A stretch of DNA of 64,000 nt from Treponemataceae bacterium (GTDB lineage: Bacteria > Bacteroidota > Bacteroidia > Bacteroidales > UBA932), in assembly GCA_963635625.1 (NCBI GenBank), contig CAVHGF010000001.1, forward strand, positions 6,239 through 70,238. Reading direction: 5' to 3'. Each line of letters opens with the position of its first letter. Positions within the stretch are counted from its first letter, which is position 1. Shown piece after piece: positions 1 through 11,019 of the stretch. The position numbers and the translations under genes were made by a program. The notes beneath the pieces are model-generated. The model did not search any database. It was given only the letters and a program-made list of their open reading frames with translations, and was not told the DNA's origin.

Positions 1-612
1 CGGAACCTTCTTATTGATTTTCCCCCAGAGGATTATTATGATTAAAGAGACGGTACTTGCCAATGCCTCAATCCAGTTGATTTCACCAAGATGAGAAAGG
101 TAATATCCCCACTCGGGAATGAATGAAGAAGGAACGGTACCTGTAAATCCGAAGAAATCCTTCATCTGGGTCGAGAATATGGTGACTGCTATACCGCTCG
201 TGAATCCCACTATTATAGGATATGGAATGAACTTGAAAATCCCGCCCAGACGGCACAAACCCATAGCCACAAGTATGACTCCAGCCATAATGGTAGCAAT
301 GATGAGACCGCTCATACCATATTGAGCCACGATTCCGGCCACTATCACGATGAAGGCGCCCGTGGGTCCGCCTATAAGGAAATCGGACCCTCCGAACAGG
401 CTTATAAGGAAGCCGGCAACTATGGCGGTTATGAGGCCCTGCTCCGGACTCACCCCGCTGGCGATACCGAAAGCTATGGCGAGCGGAAGCGCTATCACTC
501 CCACGATTACACCGGCGATGAGATCTGAAATGAATGTTTGCTTGTCGTAATTCCCCTTTTTGAAGAGGCGGAAAAATTTGGGCCTGAATATAGGCGCAGC
601 CATGTTTTTCAT
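1..612 (-). CDS. sulP: SulP family inorganic anion transporter, N-terminal part (runs off the window start)
   Basis: Manual translation from ATG at 612 (alternative 603): MKNMAAPIFRPKFF...DLIAGVIVGVIALPLAIAFGIASGVSPEQGLITAIVAG...LIGGPTGAF...PYPIIVGFTSGIA, which are SulP motifs. Not in the ORF track because no stop lies in the window. Confidence 0.9.
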   Translation of the reverse strand, partial: MKNMAAPIFRPKFFRLFKKGNYDKQTFISDLIAGVIVGVIALPLAIAFGIASGVSPEQGLITAIVAGFLISLFGGSDFLIGGPTGAFIVIVAGIVAQYGMSGLIIATIMAGVILVAMGLCRLGGIFKFIPYPIIVGFTSGIAVTIFSTQMKDFFGFTGTVPSSFIPEWGYYLSHLGEINWIEALASTVSLIIIILWGKINKKVP

Positions 613-651
613 AGGCTATGTTTATATATAATCTACTAACTAATCGATATG

Positions 652-659
652 CAAAGATA
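652..659 (-). promoter_or_regulatory. Bacteroidota sigma-A -7 box (TATCTTTG) for sulP
   Basis: caaagata on + reads TATCTTTG on -, matching TAnnTTTG, about 40 nt upstream of the sulP start. Confidence 0.65.
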
Positions 660-761
660 GTATAAATATTTTAATAATTAATTAAAAATTATTATTTATT
701 ATTGCCCGTCCATTACTCCCTCATTTTTCGTAACTTAGAGGTCAAGAAATCAAATGGCGCT

Positions 762-1817
762 ATGAGCATAGATAAAGAATTGTGGGGCGAATCAGCCTCC
801 GGAAAAGAGATTTTCAAATATACTTTAAGGAATTCGTCAGGCGCATACGCGCAAGTGTCAAGTCTGGGAGCGGGAATCGTGGCAATCAGTGTTCCTGACA
901 GAAATGGCGTGCTGACGGACGTGGTCCTGGGATATCCAAAGGCTTCTGACTACTTCAATGACGGCCCTTGCGCCGGAAAAGTTCCGGGAAGATACGCCAA
1001 CCGCATAGCCAGAGGACATTTCACTTTGGACGGAATCACTTATGATCTCCCTGTCAACAACGGAGTCAACCACCTGCACGGAGGCCCCGAAGGTTTCCAG
1101 AACCAGGTTTGGGACAGCGAAGTGGAAGACAATGCCGTAATATTCACATACAAGGCGAAAGACGGAGAAATGGGATATCCCGGAGAACTTGTCGCCAAGG
1201 CCAGATACGAATGGAATGAAGACAACGAGCTCACCCTTACGCTGATTGCCACCTCCACCGAATCTACCGTCGTCAACCTTACGAACCACGCATACTTCAA
1301 CCTCGACGGAGAAGGAAGCGGAAGCGTGCTGGAGCACATACTGAAGTTGAATTCAAGCAAATGGCTTCCGACAGACGATACTCTGATCCCTACGGGAGAA
1401 CTCACCGATGTAAAGGGAACGCCTATGGACTTCACCTCGCCGAAAAAACTTGGCAGGGACATAAAGGAAGACTTCCCTGCGCTGCACTACGGAAAAGGTT
1501 ATGACAACTGCTGGGTTCTTGATGATTACAAGGAGAATACGGTTTCAGAAGCGGCGTTCCTCTACTCGGAGAAGTCCGGACGCGTACTTAAAGTGTCCAC
1601 TTCGCAACCGGGAGTTCAGATCTACACCGGCAACTGGCTTTCAGGATGTCCTACAGGAAAAAGCGGCAGGGATTATTCGGACTATGACGGAGTAGCCATA
1701 GAATGTCAGAATTTCCCCGACGCTCCTAATAAAGCGAGCTTCCCGTCAGCCGTTCTGCGCCCCGACAAGGCATACAGACAAGTCATCAGATTCGCATTCG
1801 GCATAAAGGAAAGCTAA
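762..1817 (+). CDS. galM: Aldose 1-epimerase (galactose mutarotase)
   Basis: [31 protein letters not shown] and AIECQNFPD motifs. ATG at 762 is preferred over the TTG at 702. Confidence 0.93.
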   Translation: MSIDKELWGESASGKEIFKYTLRNSSGAYAQVSSLGAGIVAISVPDRNGVLTDVVLGYPKASDYFNDGPCAGKVPGRYANRIARGHFTLDGITYDLPVNNGVNHLHGGPEGFQNQVWDSEVEDNAVIFTYKAKDGEMGYPGELVAKARYEWNEDNELTLTLIATSTESTVVNLTNHAYFNLDGEGSGSVLEHILKLNSSKWLPTDDTLIPTGELTDVKGTPMDFTSPKKLGRDIKEDFPALHYGKGYDNCWVLDDYKENTVSEAAFLYSEKSGRVLKVSTSQPGVQIYTGNWLSGCPTGKSGRDYSDYDGVAIECQNFPDAPNKASFPSAVLRPDKAYRQVIRFAFGIKES

Positions 1818-3943
1818 TCTTTCCATACTTTAAGATACTGTTCCAAGGCCCACATCTCATCTCTGAAATGTGCGGCCTTGTCGAATTCAAGGGCGGACGC
1901 AGCCTCGTGCATTCTTTCCTTGTCTTGCGCAAGCAGATTCTCAACCTGGCTGCGCGACATACTCCTTATGACAGGATCCTGAAGTACGGCCGCCAGGTCA
2001 GCACGCACGTGCCCGTCCGAAAAAGCCGCTCCCGGAAGTCTAAGAGAGTCGTGCCCGAGACCGACGGAAATCTGTCCGCTTCCCAGATCCGAAGGATTGG
2101 GGATATAACGCGGGTCATCGTATGAATTGGCAGCGCTGACCCGACCCGAGAGCTGATTGGCAAGCACATTATGCTTCACCTCCACCTGCTTGGGCTCTAT
2201 ATGATGCAGCTCATTGTATTCTATCTGAAGAGAACGTCGGCGATCAGTCTCGCGTATGGTTTCCTCCATCGATTTGGTGATCTTGTCAGCGTACATTATC
2301 ACGCGTCCGTGAACATTGCGCGCCGCGCGTCCTGCTGTCTGCGTCAATGCTCTGGAGGTACGCAGGAAACCTTCCTTATCAGCATCCAATATGGCTACAA
2401 GCGATACAGAGGGAATGTCAAGGCCTTCGCGTAGAAGATTCACGCCTATCAGAACATCGAAAAAGCCGTTTTTGAAGTTCTCTATTATCTCGACCCTCTC
2501 GGCAGTGTCGACATCCGAATGGATATATGCGCATCGTATGCCAATATTTCGCAGATATCCGTCCAGTTCCTCTGCCATCCTCTTGGTAAGCGTGGTGACC
2601 AGGACCTTCTCGTCGTTTTCGGAGCATTTCCTTATCTCCTCCACAAGATCATCCACCTGGTTCTCTATAGGTCTCACCTGTATAGGCGGATCAAGCAAGC
2701 CCGTAGGACGCACCACCTGTTCCACGACCACCCCTCCGCTTTTCTCCAGCTCATAATCCGCCGGCGTAGCACTTACATACACCTTCTGACCGGTAATATG
2801 CTCAAATTCATCAAAAGTAAGAGGTCTGTTGTCAGAAGCAGCCGGGAGTCTGAAACCATATTCCACAAGCGTCTGCTTACGGCTTCTGTCACCGCCATAC
2901 ATCGCGTGTATCTGAGGGAGAGTGACGTGGGACTCATCCACGAAAGTTATGAAATCCTCAGGAAAATAATCTATCAGACAAAAGGGTCGTTCCCCCGGTT
3001 TCCTACCGTCAAAATAACGGCTATAATTCTCTATTCCAGGACAATACCCCAATTCCTTTATCATCTCGAGATCATTCTCCACCCTCTGCTGCAAGCGTTT
3101 CGCCTCAAGCGGACGGCCAATTTCCTCGAAATGGTTGATCTGACTGTACAAATCATCCTGTATGGCGCTCACCGCCGCCGCACTTCTCTCTTTCGTGGTG
3201 ACAAAATTACCGGAAGGGTAAATGTAAGCCTCGTCCAATGATTCTATCACCCCTCCACCCAAAGGCTCTATCGAACAGATGGAATCCACTTCATCCCCGA
3301 AAAAGATGATACGGACGGCATAATCAGCACCTCCCGGATAGACGTCCACCGTGTCCCCTTTCACTCTGAAGCTGCCTCTGGTGAATTCGCCTTCCGTCCT
3401 GTTGTAAAGGGCATCCACAAGCCTGTAAAGAAGCGAAGTCTGACTCCGCCTCTCGCCTTTCACGATGTGAATCGTCTGTGCGTGAAAGTCTTCAGGATTT
3501 CCTATACCATAAAGACAGCTCACCGAAGATATGACTATCACGTCCCGCCTGCCGCTCAGAAGCGCCCCGGCAGCGGAAAGCCTGAGCTTTTCAATCTGGT
3601 CATTGATGGACAGGTCCTTCTCTATATAAGTATCGGTGTTCGGAATATACGCTTCCGGCTGATAATAATCATAATACGAGACAAAATACTCGACCGCGTT
3701 GGAAGGGAAGAAGGACTTGAATTCGCCATAAAGCTGCGCCGCCAGAGTCTTGTTGTGGCTCAGGATAAGGGCCGGACGCTGGAGTTTTTCTATGACCCCT
3801 GCCATAGTGAAGGTCTTGCCTGAGCCCGTAACGCCAAGCAGGGTGATATCACTCACCCCGCCTGCAAGAGCCTCGCTCAACTGTTCAATCGCCTTAGGCT
3901 GATCGCCGGCAGGCTTATATGTCGATTCAAGCTTGAATTTCAT
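1814..3943 (-). CDS. uvrB: Excinuclease ABC subunit B
   Basis: GVTGSGKT Walker [29 protein letters not shown] and a C-terminal UVR domain. Confidence 0.97.
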   Translation of the reverse strand: MKFKLESTYKPAGDQPKAIEQLSEALAGGVSDITLLGVTGSGKTFTMAGVIEKLQRPALILSHNKTLAAQLYGEFKSFFPSNAVEYFVSYYDYYQPEAYIPNTDTYIEKDLSINDQIEKLRLSAAGALLSGRRDVIVISSVSCLYGIGNPEDFHAQTIHIVKGERRSQTSLLYRLVDALYNRTEGEFTRGSFRVKGDTVDVYPGGADYAVRIIFFGDEVDSICSIEPLGGGVIESLDEAYIYPSGNFVTTKERSAAAVSAIQDDLYSQINHFEEIGRPLEAKRLQQRVENDLEMIKELGYCPGIENYSRYFDGRKPGERPFCLIDYFPEDFITFVDESHVTLPQIHAMYGGDRSRKQTLVEYGFRLPAASDNRPLTFDEFEHITGQKVYVSATPADYELEKSGGVVVEQVVRPTGLLDPPIQVRPIENQVDDLVEEIRKCSENDEKVLVTTLTKRMAEELDGYLRNIGIRCAYIHSDVDTAERVEIIENFKNGFFDVLIGVNLLREGLDIPSVSLVAILDADKEGFLRTSRALTQTAGRAARNVHGRVIMYADKITKSMEETIRETDRRRSLQIEYNELHHIEPKQVEVKHNVLANQLSGRVSAANSYDDPRYIPNPSDLGSGQISVGLGHDSLRLPGAAFSDGHVRADLAAVLQDPVIRSMSRSQVENLLAQDKERMHEAASALEFDKAAHFRDEMWALEQYLKVWKD

Positions 3944-3946
3944 CTT

Positions 3947-4366
3947 CTATACAGATGACGGCTTGACCGCCGCGCTGTCTATGCTTTTGCCGAAAACGTA
4001 ATATCTCTGATACAGGAATTCCGTCACGAAATTCAACAACATATTCAGAATGGTGGCGAAATACTCATTCCACCACAAAGTGTCAGTGAAATAATGTTCG
4101 AAAAATGTCGTTATCGGAATAAACGCGCAATAGTACAGGAACACCTTGAACATAGCTTCAGGCACATTGGCCGAAGACTTGAAGGTGAATTTCCTGTTCA
4201 ACGTGAAATTCCAAAGCACGGACAACACGAGAGCACACAAGTATGACAACCAGTATGCCCAGTGTCCAAGCTCATTGAAAAGAGCAAATGATCCCATCTG
4301 AATTACGCCGGCGCTTATGGAAAAGCCGACGAATTTCAGGAATCTGATGATTTCCTTGATCTGCAT
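3947..4366 (-). CDS. GtrA family membrane protein
   Basis: 139 aa with about 4 hydrophobic segments; RFLKF, WNFTLNRKFTF and QRYYVF patterns. Confidence 0.8.
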   Translation of the reverse strand: MQIKEIIRFLKFVGFSISAGVIQMGSFALFNELGHWAYWLSYLCALVLSVLWNFTLNRKFTFKSSANVPEAMFKVFLYYCAFIPITTFFEHYFTDTLWWNEYFATILNMLLNFVTEFLYQRYYVFGKSIDSAAVKPSSV

Positions 4367-4387
4367 TGTTCAGGTTTTTTTAGTACA

Positions 4388-4912
4388 CTAATTCTTCTTA
4401 TCCAGCGATGAAAAGAATTTCCATTGAAAGATAATCAGATAAAAAGCTCCGCAAGTGACGCACGAATCGGCGAAATTGAATACCGGAGGAAAAAAGGTAG
4501 CGGAAAACATATCCACCACCCTGCCGAACATAAATGGAGCATAACCCCATATCAGCCCGTAGAAAAGGCAATCTATGATATTGCCTATGGCTCCTGCCGT
4601 AATGAAAGTAAGCCCTACAAGAGCCCCCGTCGGTGCTTCATTCCTTTTAATCAGCCGATTGATCCACCATATCAGAAAGCCGGACAGGCATATCCGGAAA
4701 AACGAAAGGATAAATTTTCCGACCGCACCTCCGAATTTCATTCCGAAGGCCATCCCTTCATTTTCCACGAAGCAAAGCCTGAACCAGTCCCCGAACACAG
4801 GAATAACCTCGCCAAGAGACATATTGGTCTTGACGAGTACCTTGATCAGCTGATCTATTACGACAAGAAGAGTTCCTAAAGCAAAAAGTTTGACGCCTTT
4901 CGAGATCTTCAT
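4388..4912 (-). CDS. lspA: Lipoprotein signal peptidase II
   Basis: DQLIK, NEGMAFG, GAIGNIID, VVDM and FNFADS motifs; ATG at 4912. Confidence 0.93.
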   Translation of the reverse strand: MKISKGVKLFALGTLLVVIDQLIKVLVKTNMSLGEVIPVFGDWFRLCFVENEGMAFGMKFGGAVGKFILSFFRICLSGFLIWWINRLIKRNEAPTGALVGLTFITAGAIGNIIDCLFYGLIWGYAPFMFGRVVDMFSATFFPPVFNFADSCVTCGAFYLIIFQWKFFSSLDKKN

Positions 4913-4916
4913 ATGT

Positions 4917-5318
4917 CTAGTTTTTACCTTGTTTGGCAAGCATCTCCTTAGCCTCTACCGTAAGAGTTGCGTGAGGCACCAGCCTGAGTCTCTCCTTAGG
5001 AATAAGTTTGCCCGTAACGCGGCATACACCATAAGTCTTGTTCTCGATACGGACAAGTGCCGCCTCGAGATTCTGTATGAATTTATACTGACGTTGAGCC
5101 AATTGGCTTGCCTCCTCCTTCGAACGCTGCATAGCTCCGTCATCCTCAACCGTCTTGAAAGACGGAGAAGTGTCATCCACGTCATTCGCGCCGCCGCTTC
5201 TGGCCAGTTCCCTATAGGTATTATACTCTGCTTTGGCCTTGGCAAGCATATTTTCGATAATGGTTTTGAACTCCGCGAGTTCTTCGTCCGAATAACGATT
5301 CTTTAATTCTTCTGCCAT
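4917..5318 (-). CDS. TraR/DksA family transcriptional regulator
   Basis: Coiled coil followed by ALVRIENKTYGVCRVTGKLIPKERLRLVPHAT; lies between ileS and lspA. Confidence 0.88.
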   Translation of the reverse strand: MAEELKNRYSDEELAEFKTIIENMLAKAKAEYNTYRELARSGGANDVDDTSPSFKTVEDDGAMQRSKEEASQLAQRQYKFIQNLEAALVRIENKTYGVCRVTGKLIPKERLRLVPHATLTVEAKEMLAKQGKN

Positions 5319-5323
5319 AACTA

Positions 5324-8300
5324 CTAGCGTTTAACTTTGATTTTGATTTTTTCTTTATCCCATTCGACCTCCGCCGCATCCTGCTCCGCATTCTCCAATC
5401 TCTGCAATTCAAGACTTGAGCTGAGAGTCTGGGAACAAATATAATCCTTATATTGAGAAAGAGCATCTGAAATGGACTCGTACGCCTGTCCGTCAGCATA
5501 TATGACCGTAGATATGCGGTCCGTGATTTCAAATCCGCTTTCCTTCCTTAAGTTCTGTATAGGATGTATCAACTCACGGGCATTGCCTTCCCGGACAAGT
5601 TCATCCGTCTGAACTATATCCAGAGCCACCGTAAGCGTGCCTTCCGTAGAGACGAGCCAACCCGGCATATCCTCGGAATTGATTTCATAATCGCCCTTAC
5701 CCAAAAGCACGTCGCCACCCGGAAGGGCCAATTTATATTCAGCCTCAGACGCTTCGATCTCGGCAATCTGCTCCTGACTCATAGCTGCAAAGTCGGAAGC
5801 AATTTCCTTCATCTGCTTGCCGTAAACCTTTCCGAGCGTCTTGAAGTTAGGTTTTATCTTCTTAGTAATAATGCCCACCGTATCGTGCAGGAACTCAAGT
5901 TCTTTAACATTGACCTCCGTAAGGAAGATGGACTTCACCCTCTCTATATGCTCCTTCACCTTATCATCCACGACAGGGACAAGCACCTTTGCCAATGGTT
6001 TTCTGACATTGATCCCAACTTTCTTTCTCAGTGAAAGCACCATAGAAGATGCCTTCTGTGCAAATGCCATACTCTCCTCCAATTCTTTATCCACAAGAGA
6101 GGCGTCCTCCTTAGGCATAGCCGTATAATGAACACCCTGAGCCTCCGGAGCCAGATCCGAATACAACTGATCCATAAAGAACGGAGCGATAGGGGCGGAA
6201 ACCAGAGCTATGCTCTTAAGAACCTCATACAGAGTCTGATAAGCCGAAAGCTTATCCTGACTCATACCGCTTCCCCACAGACGTTTCTTATTAAGTCTTA
6301 TATACCAGTTTGACAAATCGTCACACACGAAATCCTGTACCAGACGGCCTGCAGTCGTAAGGTCATAATCCTCATAGGCGGCCTCCACCTGAGCACACAA
6401 AGTGTTCAGACGGCTCAGCAGCCATCTGTCAAACATAGGTCTGTCAGAGTATGGGACAGCGGGAGCCGAAGGATCGAAACTGTCTATATTGGCATAAAGT
6501 GCGAAGACAGAATAGGAATTGTAAAGCGTACCGAAGAATTTTCTACGCACCTCGTCCACTCCGGCCTCATCGAATTTAAGATTATCCCAAGGCTGGGCAT
6601 TGGTAAGCATATACCAGCGGAGAGCATCCGCACCATAAGTGTCGAGAGCCTTGAAAGGATCCACCGCATTGCCAAGACGCTTCGACATCTTCTCGCCCTT
6701 CTTATCGAGCACCAATCCGTTGGAAATCACCCTTTTGAAAGCTGGCGTACCGCTTACCATAGTATGAATGGCGTGAAGTGTATAGAACCATCCGCGAGTC
6801 TGGTCAACACCTTCCGCGATAAAATCTGCGGTGGCACCGAAATCAGGAGTACCCAGTCCACGAAGACCCGTCTGTGCGTACGGCATAGCGCCGCTGTCAA
6901 ACCACACGTCGATAAGGTCACTCTCCCTTTTCATCTTCCTTCCGCTGTCGCTGACCAGGAAGATCTCATCCACATACGGACGGTGAAGATCTATCTTATC
7001 GTAATTCTCCTTGGACATATCAGATGGATCGAATCCCCTGTCAGATAGAGGATTGGAAGTCATAATCCCCGCTTCCACGGCCTTCTGTATCTCTGCGTAC
7101 AGTTCCTTGACGCTGCCTATGCATTTCTCTTCCTTACCATCCTCGGTGCGCCAGATAGGAAGAGGTGTTCCCCAATATCTCGAACGTGAAAGATTCCAAT
7201 CCTGTATGTTCTCAAGCCATTTGCCGAATCGGCCCGTTCCCGTAGCCTCAGGTTTCCAGACTATCCCCTCGTTGAGTTCCATCATCTTCTCCCTTACGGC
7301 AGAAGCCTTTATGAACCAGGAATTCAGAGGATAATACAGGACAGGCTTGTCCGTTCTCCAGCAATGAGGATAGGTATGTACGTGCTTTTCTATCTTGAAT
7401 GCCTTGTTCTCCCCCTTCAGCATCACGCATATATCCACATCGAGAGTAGGCGCGTCAGAAGGGAGTGAAGCGTCATAAGCATTCTTCACATACCGCCCCG
7501 CCCATTCGGAATACAGTTGAGTATTGACATTCTCCTTCACATACTCTTCCGACAAATCCTCCAGACGATAGAATCTTCCCTGCGGATCCACCTGAGCCTG
7601 CGGATTGCCGTTCTTGTCCGTGACATAAAGACCCGGTACGCCTGCGGCCTTCGCCACCTTGGCATCATCGGCACCGAAAGTAGGAGCGATATGGACTATG
7701 CCCGTCGTGCCTTCCTCTATGGTCACGTAATCTCCCAGGATGACGCGGAACGCCCCTTCTCCCGGATTAAACCACGGAATAAGCTGCTCATACTGAATAC
7801 CTTCCAGTTCCTTTCCCTTAAATGTGCCGGGAAGCACTTCGTAAGGAATCTTGTCATTGAACCAGGTCTGCACCAGAGCCTGCGCCAATATGTATGTGGC
7901 AGGCTGTCCGGTATATGGATTGGCACTCTTTACCTTTACATAATCTATGTTAGGATTGACACAAAGCGCCGTGTTGCTCGGAAGCGTCCACGGAGTAGTG
8001 GTCCAGGCCAGGAAATACTCGTCTTCGCGACCCTTTATCTTGAACTGCACGCAGCAGGTCGTATCCTTGACATCCCTGTAGCATCCGGGCTGATTAAGCT
8101 CGTGCGAAGACAGTCCCGTTCCCGCAGCCGGGCTGTAAGGCTGTATCGACTTTCCCTTATACAGATAACCCTTGCCGTAGATGTCTTTAAGAAGATACCA
8201 CAGAGTCTCTATGTACCGGTTGTCGTATGTGATGTAAGGATCGTCCATATCCACCCAATAGCCTATCCTTTCCGTAAGATTACGCCACTGGGCCGTATAT

Positions 8301-8677
8301 TTCATCACCTCCTGTCTGCAGGTGCTGTTATAATCGGCTATACTTATCTTCTTGCCTATATCCTCTTTGGTTATGCCAAGCTTCTTCTCCACACCAAGCT
8401 CCACAGGGAGTCCGTGAGTATCCCACCCGGCACGTCTGTGCACCAGATATCCGCTCTGCGTCTTGTATCTGCAGATGGCGTCCTTTATGCTGCGGGCCAT
8501 CACGTGGTGGATTCCCGGCATACCGTTGGCGCTCGGAGGGCCTTCAAAGAATATAAACGACGGCGCACCCTCCCTCAGTTCAAGAGATTTTTCAAATGCT
8601 CCCTCCTTTTTCCACTTCTCCAGAACACGGTTTCCCGTTTCCACCAAATCCAAGCCTTTATACTCTTTAAATGTCAT
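5324..8677 (-). CDS. ileS: Isoleucine--tRNA ligase, type 2
   Basis: EGPPSANGMPGIHH, GWDTHGLPVE, WTTTPWTLP, SRSRYWGTPLP and KMSKR; 1117 aa with no C-terminal Zn finger. Confidence 0.97.
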   Translation of the reverse strand: MTFKEYKGLDLVETGNRVLEKWKKEGAFEKSLELREGAPSFIFFEGPPSANGMPGIHHVMARSIKDAICRYKTQSGYLVHRRAGWDTHGLPVELGVEKKLGITKEDIGKKISIADYNSTCRQEVMKYTAQWRNLTERIGYWVDMDDPYITYDNRYIETLWYLLKDIYGKGYLYKGKSIQPYSPAAGTGLSSHELNQPGCYRDVKDTTCCVQFKIKGREDEYFLAWTTTPWTLPSNTALCVNPNIDYVKVKSANPYTGQPATYILAQALVQTWFNDKIPYEVLPGTFKGKELEGIQYEQLIPWFNPGEGAFRVILGDYVTIEEGTTGIVHIAPTFGADDAKVAKAAGVPGLYVTDKNGNPQAQVDPQGRFYRLEDLSEEYVKENVNTQLYSEWAGRYVKNAYDASLPSDAPTLDVDICVMLKGENKAFKIEKHVHTYPHCWRTDKPVLYYPLNSWFIKASAVREKMMELNEGIVWKPEATGTGRFGKWLENIQDWNLSRSRYWGTPLPIWRTEDGKEEKCIGSVKELYAEIQKAVEAGIMTSNPLSDRGFDPSDMSKENYDKIDLHRPYVDEIFLVSDSGRKMKRESDLIDVWFDSGAMPYAQTGLRGLGTPDFGATADFIAEGVDQTRGWFYTLHAIHTMVSGTPAFKRVISNGLVLDKKGEKMSKRLGNAVDPFKALDTYGADALRWYMLTNAQPWDNLKFDEAGVDEVRRKFFGTLYNSYSVFALYANIDSFDPSAPAVPYSDRPMFDRWLLSRLNTLCAQVEAAYEDYDLTTAGRLVQDFVCDDLSNWYIRLNKKRLWGSGMSQDKLSAYQTLYEVLKSIALVSAPIAPFFMDQLYSDLAPEAQGVHYTAMPKEDASLVDKELEESMAFAQKASSMVLSLRKKVGINVRKPLAKVLVPVVDDKVKEHIERVKSIFLTEVNVKELEFLHDTVGIITKKIKPNFKTLGKVYGKQMKEIASDFAAMSQEQIAEIEASEAEYKLALPGGDVLLGKGDYEINSEDMPGWLVSTEGTLTVALDIVQTDELVREGNARELIHPIQNLRKESGFEITDRISTVIYADGQAYESISDALSQYKDYICSQTLSSSLELQRLENAEQDAAEVEWDKEKIKIKVKR

Positions 8678-8734
8678 TTTTTTTACCTATTTTTGAATTT
8701 GCAAATATAACGATTTCAAAAGGCAATTACAAAT

Positions 8735-9256
8735 ATGAACGTCGTCGACATAATCCTTCTGGTCCTGTTCATCCCCGCCATCATCAGAGGGATACACAAA
8801 GGCTTCATCGAGCAGATAATCGCAGTGGCATCACTTTTCCTGAGCGCATACCTCGCCTATCTTTTTGCCGACAAGGTCGGGACGTGGCTCAGCGCATATA
8901 TAGAAGGCGTCAGCAAAGAAGTCCTTTATATCATATCATTCGTAATCATAATAATAGTGACCGTGGTGCTGTTGAGACTTGTGGCAAAACTGCTCTCCTC
9001 CATCATTTCGACCATCTCCCTCGGATGGCTCAATTCGGTGCTGGGCGTCCTGTTGTCGCTTTTATTCACCACGCTAATCTTAGGGGTAATCTTCATGGCA
9101 TTCAATTCATTCAATGCCAGCACGTTCCACATAGACACCACCACGTTCGAATCATCTGTTGTGTACCAATGGATCGCCAAGATCACCGATACGCTTTTCC
9201 CTTTTATCGAAGATATTTTTAGTCAGATCAGCAATGACGGAGCAAAAATGTGTTAA
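8735..9256 (+). CDS. CvpA (colicin V production) family membrane protein
   Basis: MNVVDII...GIHKGFI...LGWLNSVLG pattern, about 4 TM segments. Confidence 0.85.
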   Translation: MNVVDIILLVLFIPAIIRGIHKGFIEQIIAVASLFLSAYLAYLFADKVGTWLSAYIEGVSKEVLYIISFVIIIIVTVVLLRLVAKLLSSIISTISLGWLNSVLGVLLSLLFTTLILGVIFMAFNSFNASTFHIDTTTFESSVVYQWIAKITDTLFPFIEDIFSQISNDGAKMC

Positions 9257-9923
9257 TATAATTCTTATCGAAACATCCACCTCCTTATGTTCAGTGGCAT
9301 TGGCCAGGAACGGTGAAGTCATTTCATATCGCGAAAGCGCAGAACCGAAAGCACACGCAAGTCTTACGGCTCCCTTTATCCGGGATGTCCTCTCGGAAAA
9401 CCACCTTGAGGTGTCGGATTGCAGTGCCGTATGCGTCAGTTCAGGCCCGGGATCATATACCGGACTGCGCGTGGGAGTATCCACGGCCAAAGGCTTGTGC
9501 TTCGGAGCCAATCTTCCCCTGCTGTCCGTAAGCACTATGGAGATTCTGGCCGAGATGGGTAAAGATTCGGAATGCGACTACATCGTCCCTATGATAGATG
9601 CACGCAGAATGGAAGTCTACACGACAGTGTTCAAAGACGGCGTCCAGCTGAAAGACACTGAAAGCGTCATCATAGACTCTGACAGTTTCAGAGGATACCT
9701 TCAGGACGGAACCGTCCTGTTCATAGGCGACGGGGCTCAGAAATGCACCGGACTTATCGCGAGCCCGAATGCCCGTTTCCGCCAGTGCAACCCTTCGGCC
9801 GCAGCGATGGGAAGATTGGCATACGAGAGATTCCTTCAGGGCAAAAAAGAAAATGTGGCCTATTTCGAGCCTTTCTACCTGAAAGACTTCATAGCCACAG
9901 TTTCCAAGAAAAACCTGTTTTAA
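9234..9923 (+). CDS. tsaB: tRNA t6A37 threonylcarbamoyltransferase complex subunit TsaB
   Basis: IETSTSLCSVAL, GPGSYTGLRVG, DARRMEVY and EPFYLK motifs; start position uncertain. Confidence 0.93.
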   Translation: MTEQKCVNIILIETSTSLCSVALARNGEVISYRESAEPKAHASLTAPFIRDVLSENHLEVSDCSAVCVSSGPGSYTGLRVGVSTAKGLCFGANLPLLSVSTMEILAEMGKDSECDYIVPMIDARRMEVYTTVFKDGVQLKDTESVIIDSDSFRGYLQDGTVLFIGDGAQKCTGLIASPNARFRQCNPSAAAMGRLAYERFLQGKKENVAYFEPFYLKDFIATVSKKNLF

Positions 9924-9924
9924 G

Positions 9925-11016
9925 TTACTTCAACACCTTATCGAGAGTCGCACGAAGGCTGTCCTCACCCTTTATGGCGGCTGAAGTAATCTCTCCGTCA
10001 GTAATCAGAAGGCTGTATGGGAGGGATGTGACATTATACAACGATATCGCAGGAGACCCCACACCCAAAGCGTCACACACATTAATCCACGGGAGTTTCT
10101 GATTCCTCACGACAGAAGCCCACAGAGCCTTGTCCGTAGATACGCAGATTGAATAAATCTCGAATCCGCGGTTATGATACTTTCTGTAAAGAGGGGCGAG
10201 CACCTCCGTATTGAAAAGCTTCTGGGCATCATCGCTCTCCGTCCAGAAATGAAGAAGAATCGCTTTGGCCTTCACTCCGGCAAGCGACGTAGGTTCGCCA
10301 TTTATATTCGGCAGCTTCAACTCGGGAAATCCTACGCTTTGAGCCTGGGAAAGCGAAAGATTCAGAGCCAATGCATTTTCTCTGTTTTTAGTCTCAACCT
10401 CCAGCGCCTTCACGTATTTCGATTCAGGATAAACCGTCTTCAGGCTGTCGCAAACCTTGCGGAACAGCACCGCATCCGTAGGCTGGGAGAAGATCGGAGC
10501 TCCCTGATACAGTTGCTGATAGAACACAGGCACGACCGTAAGAGACTTACTGTTGTTCATCACATACCTTACCCTGCTCCTGTAATATTCCAGATACAAC
10601 CTCACCCTTTCGGAAGGGTCCTGTGACGCATTCATCTTCTGAAGGAAAGAACTGTAATCCGCTTCCACTTCTGACAAAAGAACAGAACCGTCAGAGCCCT
10701 GTACCGTATAATGGCCAAGCGTATCGGCGCTCACCACGGCCTTCTGGCCCTGTTCAAGAAGAAGTGCTGACAGAATGGTGTTCCCTCTATATACATAGAT
10801 GAATTCAGGCTGGTTCTTCTCGACGGCTACAGAATACCTGAAATGTCCGGAATCATCCGTCCTGACAGAATCGAGAAGCTCTCCGGACGAAACACCCAAT
10901 TTGTATATCGCCAATTTTTCCCCGCAGGCTCCGTCTACGGTACAGTCTATCATCGTCTTCTTTCCGCAGGAAACAAGACAAAGCGCGACAGCACCTGCAA
11001 CTATAAGTTTCTTCAT
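9925..11016 (-). CDS. Lipoprotein with DUF4369-like N-domain and TlpA/thioredoxin-like C-domain (no CXXC)
   Basis: Lipobox LVSC; C-terminal FPELKLPNINGEPTSL...LLHFW...GFEIYSI...PWINV...YNVTSLP. Confidence 0.78.
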   Translation of the reverse strand: MKKLIVAGAVALCLVSCGKKTMIDCTVDGACGEKLAIYKLGVSSGELLDSVRTDDSGHFRYSVAVEKNQPEFIYVYRGNTILSALLLEQGQKAVVSADTLGHYTVQGSDGSVLLSEVEADYSSFLQKMNASQDPSERVRLYLEYYRSRVRYVMNNSKSLTVVPVFYQQLYQGAPIFSQPTDAVLFRKVCDSLKTVYPESKYVKALEVETKNRENALALNLSLSQAQSVGFPELKLPNINGEPTSLAGVKAKAILLHFWTESDDAQKLFNTEVLAPLYRKYHNRGFEIYSICVSTDKALWASVVRNQKLPWINVCDALGVGSPAISLYNVTSLPYSLLITDGEITSAAIKGEDSLRATLDKVLK

Positions 11017-11019
11017 ATT

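Noticed and set aside
661..703. Very AT-rich tract with AATAATT/AATTATT dyad between sulP and galM
   Set aside because: Low complexity makes such dyads expected by chance; it is consistent with an ordinary divergent promoter spacer.
1980..2170. Long linker before the UvrB C-terminal UVR domain
   Set aside because: This region is normally variable; there are no intein or repeat hallmarks.
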